Assembly (NCBI GenBank): GCA_020720365.1
Contig: DYOU01000001.1
Coordinates: 32,459 to 96,458, forward strand
Source: Candidatus Elulimicrobium sp.
Lineage (GTDB): Bacteria; Omnitrophota; Gorgyraeia; Zapsychrales; Fredricksoniimonadaceae
Length of the DNA: 64,000 nucleotides
Reading direction: 5' to 3'
The notes under the pieces were generated by a model. It worked only from the letters and a program-made list of their open reading frames with translations. It was not told the DNA's origin and did not search any database. Of this stretch, positions 57,342 to 64,000 are shown piece by piece; positions within the stretch are counted from its first letter, which is position 1; every line of letters begins with the position of its first letter. The position numbers were made by a program, and so were the translations under genes.

Positions 57342-58632
57342 TCAGGAAGTTATTATTTTAGGCGCGGGCCTTGCCGGATTAAGTGCGGCGTATCATCTGC
57401 AGAAAGAAGGAGTTGCCTGTCAGATCTTTGAGAAAGAGGCTGAGGTTGGAGGATTGTGCCGTTCAAAGAAGCTGGATGGATTTACATTTGATTATGATGG
57501 CCATTTGTTGCATTTTCGGCATCAGTATACGTTTGATCTGGTCAAGTCATTGCTTAAGGGAAACTTTATAAAACATAATCGGAGCGCATGGGTATATTCG
57601 CACGAACGTTTTATTCCCTATCCGTTTCAGACGAATCTTGTTAATCTTCCTGTTGATGTCGCGCAAGAGTGCCTTGCAGGTTTTCTGGCAGCAAACAAGA
57701 ATGGCCGTGTAAAGGCGAATGAAAGTTTTTTGCATTGGATTGATCGGACTTCTGGAAAGGGGATCGCCCGGCATTTTATGGTGCCGTATAATACCAAGTT
57801 CTGGACCATCTCTCCCCGACGAATGGTGTGTGATTGGCTTGACGGGTTTGTGCCTCAGCCGACGGTCGCACAGGTTATGGATGGAGCAACGAAAGAAGGT
57901 GGTCAGCCGTTAGGGTATAATGCTTGTTTCTGGTATCCTGAAAAAGGCGGTATTGAACAACTTTCTTTAGCGATGAAGTCGCGCATCGAGCATATTCATA
58001 CGGGGTTTGAAGTTAAAACGATTGATCTGAAAGCGCGGCAGATCGAATTTGCCAATGGTGTAAAGAAAAAGTATCATCATTTGATCTCAACGATCCCTTT
58101 GCCTCAATTGCCCGGGATTGTGAAGGGGCTTCCGAAAGATGTGCGGGAAGCGTTTAGCAAGCTGCGCTGGAACTCGGTGTATAATTTGAATCTGGGATTG
58201 AGTCAAAAGAAGCGTTGTGAAAGTCACTGGATCTATTTTCCCCAGAAAGAATTGGTTTTTTTTCGTGTCGGGTTCTTTCATAATTTTTCATCCGGCCTTG
58301 TTCCTGAGGGGAAGACTTCTATATATGCTGAAGTTGCGTATTGTAAACAAAAACCTGTTGATAAGAAGAAGGTCGCCGGTCGCATTGAGAAGGACCTGAA
58401 AAAAGTCGGATTGCTTTCTGATGAAGATGAGGTTTTGGTACGTGATAGTAATGATATCCAGTGCGCATATCCTATTTATGACAGAAATTACAAAGCTTCC
58501 AGGAGTCGTATCCTGGGTTTCTTGTCCAAACATCATATTCTGACTTGCGGGCGCTATGGCAGTTGGCGGTATATGTCTATGGAGGATGTTTTATTGGAGG
58601 GCAGGGAGTTTTCCGGAAAGCAGTTTGGCTGA
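57334..58632 (+). CDS. FAD/NAD(P)-binding oxidoreductase (amine-oxidase/UDP-galactopyranose-mutase-like fold)
   Basis: VIILGAGLAGLSAAYHL...EKEAEVGG dinucleotide-binding motif; 432 aa; in glycan cluster. Confidence 0.65.
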   Translation: MANQEVIILGAGLAGLSAAYHLQKEGVACQIFEKEAEVGGLCRSKKLDGFTFDYDGHLLHFRHQYTFDLVKSLLKGNFIKHNRSAWVYSHERFIPYPFQTNLVNLPVDVAQECLAGFLAANKNGRVKANESFLHWIDRTSGKGIARHFMVPYNTKFWTISPRRMVCDWLDGFVPQPTVAQVMDGATKEGGQPLGYNACFWYPEKGGIEQLSLAMKSRIEHIHTGFEVKTIDLKARQIEFANGVKKKYHHLISTIPLPQLPGIVKGLPKDVREAFSKLRWNSVYNLNLGLSQKKRCESHWIYFPQKELVFFRVGFFHNFSSGLVPEGKTSIYAEVAYCKQKPVDKKKVAGRIEKDLKKVGLLSDEDEVLVRDSNDIQCAYPIYDRNYKASRSRILGFLSKHHILTCGRYGSWRYMSMEDVLLEGREFSGKQFG

Positions 58633-58667
58633 TTAGTTGTGATAATATTTTCTTGGTAATTTTAACC

Positions 58668-59486
58668 ATGATGAAATTATGGAATAGTTTTAAAAGAATG
58701 AAATTCTGTCAATTTCTCTCTGCCGTGGCTGGGTTTCAACAAAGAGAAGTTTTGAGGAATCTGGTCAATAAGAATTTGAAAGCCAAATATGCCGGATCCA
58801 TGCTGGGCATGTTGTGGGCGTTCATTAATCCTGTTTTACTGGCATGTATAGTAGGATTCATATTTACAAACATCCTTAAAGTGAATACGCCGAATTATTA
58901 TTTATACATTTTATCAGGGATGCTGCCCTGGACATTCTTTGCGACATCGATACAGGAAGCTTCAGTATCTATCCAGGGGCATGCGAGTCTTTTGAAACAA
59001 TTCCCTTTAGCCAGGATCTTTATTCCGGTTGCGATCGTTATATCAAATTTTATTCTTTTGTTATTTAGTCTGACGATTTTACTTCCCCTTTTCCTTATTG
59101 TTGATTTGAAAGTTATCACCTTGTTGCCATTATTAGTGTTTGCTCTGATCATATTATTGTTGTTCACGCTCGGATTATCTTTGATGTTCGCGGCCATATG
59201 CGTTGAATGGCGTGACGTGCAGCAGGCATTAAACACATTGCTGGTTTATTGGTTATGGTTGACGCCGATATTTTATAGTGCACAGATGGTCCCAAGGGAT
59301 TATAAAATTCTTTTAGACATTAATCCTATTAATTTTTTCTTGATCTTGTACAGGAATTCTTTATTTGATGTAAAAACTCCTTCTTTAGGTGTTTTGGGGA
59401 TCCCTGTGATCATGGCATTGGGAGCCTTATGGTGCGGCATTGTTTTGTTTCATAAGAAAGAAGGGGGGTTTTTAAAAAGAATATGA
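58668..59486 (+). CDS. ABC-2 type polysaccharide export permease (Wzm/KpsM-like)
   Basis: Six hydrophobic segments, ABC-2 signature region. In-frame ATG 58668 gives ~272 aa, typical for Wzm; ORF-track start 58545 is probably too far upstream. Confidence 0.75.
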   Translation: MMKLWNSFKRMKFCQFLSAVAGFQQREVLRNLVNKNLKAKYAGSMLGMLWAFINPVLLACIVGFIFTNILKVNTPNYYLYILSGMLPWTFFATSIQEASVSIQGHASLLKQFPLARIFIPVAIVISNFILLLFSLTILLPLFLIVDLKVITLLPLLVFALIILLLFTLGLSLMFAAICVEWRDVQQALNTLLVYWLWLTPIFYSAQMVPRDYKILLDINPINFFLILYRNSLFDVKTPSLGVLGIPVIMALGALWCGIVLFHKKEGGFLKRI

Positions 59487-61786
59487 AGATGGAAACAGAT
59501 ATTGCCATTCAATTAAAGAATGTTTTTGAGAATTATGAAATTGAAATAAAGACGGATGAAAAAGTGATCCGTGAGAGATATTCAGTTCTGAATGATATTT
59601 CATTGACGGTAAAAAAAGGTGAATGCCTGGCTGTCATTGGAGCTAACGGAGCGGGCAAGTCAACGATTTTGAGGATTATTGCGGGTCTCCTGAAGCCTGA
59701 AAAAGGTGAAGTTACGGTGAACGGCCGGGTGGGCAGCCTCCTGGATCTGGGAGCGGGATTTCATCCCGAGTTGACAGGCAGGGATAATTTGCGTTTGAAC
59801 GCGAGTCTGTACAATTTTAACCGGAATGAGTTTGAAGCAAAGTATGAAGAGATCCTGAAGTTCGCTGATATTGGCAAGTTTATTGATGTGCCGGTGCGTT
59901 GCTATTCGCAAGGCATGTATGTGCGTTTAGCGTTCAGTTTGGCTATTCATGTTGATCCGGACATTCTTTTGATCGATGATTGCCTTTCTGTTGGGGATGA
60001 TAATTTTCAGTTAAAAAGCATGGATAAAGCGCTGGAGTTAAAGAGCAAGAATAAAACCATTATCTTTGTTACACATAATTTCAGTTTGGCAAGACAGTTG
60101 TGTGAACGTTGTATTTATATTAAAGATCATCAGATCGTTCAAGATGCCGCTCTGGAAGAGGTTGTGTCAACGTATTTGGCACCGTCCAAGATCGATAAAG
60201 AGCAGTATCATTATTTAAGCGCCAAGATCCATGAAATAGAAAGTTACGAGGAAAGTCAGGAAGCAAAGCGGCAACAGCAGGAACAAGAACGAAGAAGGTC
60301 TGAAGAAGAGGCGGCATTCAATGAAATGATGGGGCGTCGGCAGTTGGAAGAAGAAATTTTCCAGAAAGCGCTGAGTGAGCGGCGCAAAGCCGAGGAGATT
60401 GCGTGGGGGCAGGCCGTGGCAGCACGGCGCGCGGAAGAAGAAGAGTTATGGAGAAATGAAGTGGCAGCGCGGCGCGAGGCGGAAAGAGATCGGGAGTTAT
60501 TAAAGAAGAATCACCAGAGAACGAAAGAGGTTTCTTTGTATGCGGGAGCGCTTAAGTTGGCCGTTGCTCCTTCACAAATCAGATTGTTATGTGATCATGT
60601 GAATGTGATACGCAATGCGGGCATTCAGACGCTCTTTCTAAAAGATAATATATTGGTTTGTTCCGCAACGGCCGAATGGCGGATAAAGAAGATCTCTGAA
60701 GCGCAGATCGCCTGTTTCTTAAGGTGGCCGGGATTGGAGGGCGTGGTACAGCGCTGGCATTTCATTCGTTTGGAGAATGGGGTTACAGGGCTTTGCATTT
60801 CCATGAGAGTTGCGGCATCCGTTTGTATTGAGAATGAACGTGTGGAATTCTGGCCGAATACAACAGGTGGAGTTCTGGAGGATGCTCAATGGGGCAATAA
60901 GTCCAGGTTTGTATTTTTGGGGGATCAGGGTAAAGTGCAGGTTGAAACATATCAAGATGATTGTGTTTCCGGTTCGGTTGATCAGGATGATGGTCGTCGT
61001 GTACCATATTTCTTAAAAACATGTGCTGATACTATTCTGAGTCCGGAACGAGCATCCTATCGGAAAGTTGTCTTTAATGGCGGTATCTTTCTTGGAGACA
61101 AGAGCGCTGAAAAGCGTCCGATGGTTCTGGAAAGAAGAATCTTGAGATCAGAAAATCTTGCGGTTGATTTTCAGGAGGGATGTTGTCAGATCATTTTGGG
61201 TGAGAAAGTAATAACAACCGGATTAGGTCTTTATACATCTGTTTTCTCACACGGTCTTTGGCGGGACTCAACGCAGGCTAAATGGAAGGTGGTATCTTTT
61301 TCAGGGAATAAGTTGACTGTAAGAGGGGCTTGGCCATGGATGCCTGTTATTCAGGAATGGCAGGTTGAGATCGCAGGGCAAAACAGGATCTTGTTAAATG
61401 TAAGAATGAAGATATTAAAAGATATCATGATCGATATGCAGGAGACGGTGTTGATGTTGCCGCAGGAGTATTCATCATGGAGCGATGGGAATGTATTTCA
61501 AAGATTCTCAGAAAATATGACCAGTGATGATTTCTTCAGACTTTGTTCCTTGATAAAGGAAGCGGATGGATCGGCTTCTGTTTCTGTTAAAGGAGAGGGT
61601 TTGCCGGAGATCAATTTTAAACCAGGTTTTATACAGGGGCATCGAATGATCGTTGAGAATTCAGCGCATATTTACAAGACGCAGGCTCGTCTTATGCATT
61701 GTTTAAAGGGATATCAGAAGGAAAAGGGAAGCGTTAAGGCCGGGGAAATGGATTTTTTTAAAGGGATTCTTACTATTAATAATTAG
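59483..61786 (+). CDS. ABC transporter ATP-binding protein (Wzt-like) with ~110-aa Glu/Arg/Ala-rich coiled coil and ~400-aa C-terminal extension made of two related beta-rich (Trp-rich) domains
   Basis: Walker A GANGAGKST, signature YSQGMYVRLAF, Walker B ILLIDD within first ~250 aa. Residues ~260-360 EEAAFNEMMGRRQLEEEIFQKALSERRKAEE... Then duplicated region (AEWRIKKIS...LRWPGLEG...QRWHF vs AKWKVVSFS...GAWPWMPVIQEWQV). 767 aa total. Confidence 0.8.
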   Translation: MKMETDIAIQLKNVFENYEIEIKTDEKVIRERYSVLNDISLTVKKGECLAVIGANGAGKSTILRIIAGLLKPEKGEVTVNGRVGSLLDLGAGFHPELTGRDNLRLNASLYNFNRNEFEAKYEEILKFADIGKFIDVPVRCYSQGMYVRLAFSLAIHVDPDILLIDDCLSVGDDNFQLKSMDKALELKSKNKTIIFVTHNFSLARQLCERCIYIKDHQIVQDAALEEVVSTYLAPSKIDKEQYHYLSAKIHEIESYEESQEAKRQQQEQERRRSEEEAAFNEMMGRRQLEEEIFQKALSERRKAEEIAWGQAVAARRAEEEELWRNEVAARREAERDRELLKKNHQRTKEVSLYAGALKLAVAPSQIRLLCDHVNVIRNAGIQTLFLKDNILVCSATAEWRIKKISEAQIACFLRWPGLEGVVQRWHFIRLENGVTGLCISMRVAASVCIENERVEFWPNTTGGVLEDAQWGNKSRFVFLGDQGKVQVETYQDDCVSGSVDQDDGRRVPYFLKTCADTILSPERASYRKVVFNGGIFLGDKSAEKRPMVLERRILRSENLAVDFQEGCCQIILGEKVITTGLGLYTSVFSHGLWRDSTQAKWKVVSFSGNKLTVRGAWPWMPVIQEWQVEIAGQNRILLNVRMKILKDIMIDMQETVLMLPQEYSSWSDGNVFQRFSENMTSDDFFRLCSLIKEADGSASVSVKGEGLPEINFKPGFIQGHRMIVENSAHIYKTQARLMHCLKGYQKEKGSVKAGEMDFFKGILTINN

Positions 61787-61796
61787 GAGGGCAGGT

Positions 61797-62093
61797 ATGA
61801 GGACGGCATTAATGTTAAAGAACTCAGCGCATTTTATTTTGTTGGCAGGTATGATTATGGCCATTTATTTCTTTCCTGTTAATACGTTTCAGTTCTGGTG
61901 TGTGATCGGCCTGACGGGAGTATTGTGGTTGATCGTAAGGCTTTTGGCTAATATAGGCCAGCTTGTATATGAAATGCGTCATGAGTCAGGTCGGTCTTTG
62001 GCGAATATGGAGCGTTCTCTCCATCAGATCAATGCTACGTTGCAGGAAATGAGGGATTCTATTGATTCCAAAGGAGCCAAGGACGCTGCATGA
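61797..62093 (+). CDS. Small 2-TM membrane protein (98 aa) translationally coupled between wzt and the radical SAM gene
   Basis: Hydrophobic segments FILLAGMIMAIYFF and FWCVIGLTGVLWLIV; stop overlaps the next ATG (ATGA). Confidence 0.5.
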   Translation: MRTALMLKNSAHFILLAGMIMAIYFFPVNTFQFWCVIGLTGVLWLIVRLLANIGQLVYEMRHESGRSLANMERSLHQINATLQEMRDSIDSKGAKDAA

Positions 62094-64000
62094 AGATCGT
62101 ATTGGTTAATTTACCATGGAAAAGAAAAGGCTTATGGGGTGTGCGGGCCGGTTCAAGGTGGCCGCATATTAAGAGTGCATTGGAGAAGGATTATTCCCCC
62201 TTTCCGTTCTTTATGGCTTATGCGGGGTCTTTGTTAAAACGGGAAGGGTTTGAGGTTGAGGTGATCGATTCTTTGGCCCAACAATTACCTCTTGGCCGAT
62301 TACTTAAGCTTTTGAATGATAGTCAACCGGACTTATTAGTTGCGGAAACATCAACGCCATCGTTGGCGAATGATCTGGCTATCCTGCAGAAACTGCCGCA
62401 AGGGTTGGCGGTGGCTTTATGCGGACCGGAGATCAATATTCGTGACGGACAATTTCTGGCGAGACATCCGCGTATTACATACGCGTTTGTGGGGGAGTAT
62501 GAATATACACTTCTGGAATTGGCGCAACGTTTAAAAGCCAGGCAGGATCTGGCCGGTTTATGTGGTTTGATCTATATGAATAACGGGGTGTGTCAAACAA
62601 ATCCGGCGAGGCCTTTGCGCGAGGATCTGGATGATCTGCCATGGCCTTTAAGGGATGGGCTGCCGATGGAAAAGTATAAGGATACTCCCGGAGGGATCCC
62701 TTCCCCCAGTGTTCAGATGTGGTCGTCACGGGGGTGTCCGTATCATTGTTTATTTTGCAGTTGGCCGCAGTTGATGTATCAAAGTCATCGCTACAGGACG
62801 CGTAATGTGATCGATATAGTGGATGAGATGGAATATCTTGTGACTGTAAAGGGTTTCAAGTCGGTTTATTTTGATGATGATACGATGAATATTGGCAAGT
62901 TACGCATGATGGTATTGGCGAATGAGATTAAACGCAGAGATCTGAATGTGCCTTGGGCGATGATGGCGCGGGCGGATTTGATGGAAGAGGATGTTTTGGA
63001 AAATCTGCGCGCGGCCGGATTAACGGCTGTGAAATATGGAGTAGAGTCAGGCAATCAAACGCTTGTTGATCGGAGTAATAAGAAACTGGACCTTCAGAAA
63101 CTTGAACGTATGGTTCGTTTTACCAAATCCCTTGGAATTAAAACGCATTTAACGTTTACTTTCGGGCTTCCGGGAGAGACGCAAGCGACGATTCAACAGA
63201 CAATTGACTTTGCAAAAGAGCTGGATCCTGACTCACTTCAGTTTTCGATCACAACGGCATTCCCGGGAACACAATATTTTAATGAATTGGAAACATGCGG
63301 GCATATTGTTTCAAAAGACCTTAAAGATTATGACGGGAGTTCCAGGGCGATGCTGCGAACGGATTCTTTAAGCGCCGGAGATTTGCGGAGAGCGAAACAG
63401 CTGGCGGATAAAGCCTGGCAGATGCATGTATGGAGGACCAGACCGCAGGCAAGAACCACAGAAGGTTTGCTTGGGAGATCTATCAGGAACATTAAGGATT
63501 ACGGTTTTCAGTCGTTTTTATCAAGAGGAAGTTTGTTTCTCAGGCATCGGTTTCGGATGCCAAAGTTTGAGCGGATCAATAAATTCTTGAGTTTTGACTG
63601 GCGAATAACGTTGGCACGCCCATTGGGTCAGTGGGAGAAAATAAAGAAGAATGTGTTGAATTTAATGGGTGTGCAGCATGGTTCGTATGCTTTTAAAGGG
63701 CCGGACTGTGTCCAGATCGATCTCACCAGTAATTGTAATAATAATTGTGTGAGTTGCTGGTGTAACTCTCCACTCCTGCAGGCGCGGGCGTATAAAGGCG
63801 TGAAAAAGTACAAGACATTGCCGACACAGCTTGTTCTTTCTTTGATTGATGACCTTGTCGAGATGGGTACAGGCGAGCTTTATTTCTCCGGCGGAGGAGA
63901 GCCTTTTATGCATCCGGATATCATGACTATTATGGCTCATGCCAAAGCGCGCGGCGCATATTGTTGTATTAATACGAACTTTACACTTGTTAATGAAGAA
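62090..64000 (+). CDS. B12-binding-domain radical SAM protein fused to a second radical SAM (MoaA/SPASM-like) domain; 3' end beyond window
   Basis: Manual translation: MKIVLVNLPW...FMAYAGSLLKREGFEVEVID (B12-binding region). First CxxxCxxC: GCPYHCLFCSW (~aa 215). Then TIM-barrel region, then second core QIDLTSNCNNNCVSCW plus FSGGGEPFMHPD (~aa 545-600). No stop through position 64000. Not in the ORF track because it lacks an in-window stop. Confidence 0.75.
   Translation, partial: MKIVLVNLPWKRKGLWGVRAGSRWPHIKSALEKDYSPFPFFMAYAGSLLKREGFEVEVIDSLAQQLPLGRLLKLLNDSQPDLLVAETSTPSLANDLAILQKLPQGLAVALCGPEINIRDGQFLARHPRITYAFVGEYEYTLLELAQRLKARQDLAGLCGLIYMNNGVCQTNPARPLREDLDDLPWPLRDGLPMEKYKDTPGGIPSPSVQMWSSRGCPYHCLFCSWPQLMYQSHRYRTRNVIDIVDEMEYLVTVKGFKSVYFDDDTMNIGKLRMMVLANEIKRRDLNVPWAMMARADLMEEDVLENLRAAGLTAVKYGVESGNQTLVDRSNKKLDLQKLERMVRFTKSLGIKTHLTFTFGLPGETQATIQQTIDFAKELDPDSLQFSITTAFPGTQYFNELETCGHIVSKDLKDYDGSSRAMLRTDSLSAGDLRRAKQLADKAWQMHVWRTRPQARTTEGLLGRSIRNIKDYGFQSFLSRGSLFLRHRFRMPKFERINKFLSFDWRITLARPLGQWEKIKKNVLNLMGVQHGSYAFKGPDCVQIDLTSNCNNNCVSCWCNSPLLQARAYKGVKKYKTLPTQLVLSLIDDLVEMGTGELYFSGGGEPFMHPDIMTIMAHAKARGAYCCINTNFTLVNEE

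Noticed and set aside
1-64000. CRISPR arrays, rRNA, tRNA, transposases/integrases, toxin–antitoxin pairs
   Set aside because: I scanned intergenic regions (all under 550 bp) by eye. There are no regularly spaced direct repeats, no tRNA-like cloverleaf candidates in gaps large enough, and no IS-like inverted repeats or recombinase motifs.

Overview
This is a 64 kb bacterial chromosomal segment that appears to be about 50% GC, judged by eye rather than computed. Genes are densely packed, mostly on the + strand, and there are many ATGA/TGATG start–stop overlaps typical of operons. The ORF track omits ORFs that run off the window edges and ORFs under 60 aa, so I added several by reading the sequence directly. 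The content, in order:
- An envelope-glycan modification module: polytopic GT-C-like membrane proteins, a WbpB-like Gfo/Idh/MocA oxidoreductase, a WbpD-like hexapeptide acetyltransferase and an ArnC/DPM1-like GT2.
- Housekeeping genes: rlmB, an HDDC2-family HD hydrolase, a PAS hybrid histidine kinase with a separate Hpt protein, aroG-type DAHP synthase, ferritin, an aminotransferase, dCMP deaminase, a TrmH-family methyltransferase, rluB, an ABC-F ATPase, Smr and hemW.
- A ydbH-like / ynbE / ydbL module.
- A large purine-biosynthesis supercluster: purB, purC, a purS–purL fusion, a LOG-family gene, purQ, purM, purD, purE.
- A ywlC(sua5)–LMW-PTP fusion followed by rpiB and glyA, then nrdR, a CCA-adding enzyme, a Nudix fusion, miaA and hflX.
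- A heat-shock island: an HspR-like MerR regulator, a truncated sHsp-like ORF, an N-domain-less clpB, and hrcA–grpE–dnaK–dnaJ with CIRCE-like operators.
- A lower-GC polysaccharide (O-antigen-like, ABC-transporter-dependent) cluster at ~50.5–64 kb.

The most unusual items are in that last cluster, plus one elsewhere:
- A Wzt ATPase carrying a ~110-aa coiled coil and a duplicated ~400-aa C-terminal domain.
- A B12-binding radical SAM protein fused to a second complete radical SAM domain, running off the window end.
- A frameshifted N-terminal remnant of a paralogous B12-rSAM gene.
- Separately, two tandem micro-genes encoding 22–28-aa Lys/Ala-rich peptides with strong SDs and their own terminators (17.95–18.27 kb).

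No CRISPR array, rRNA, tRNA or obvious transposase was seen.
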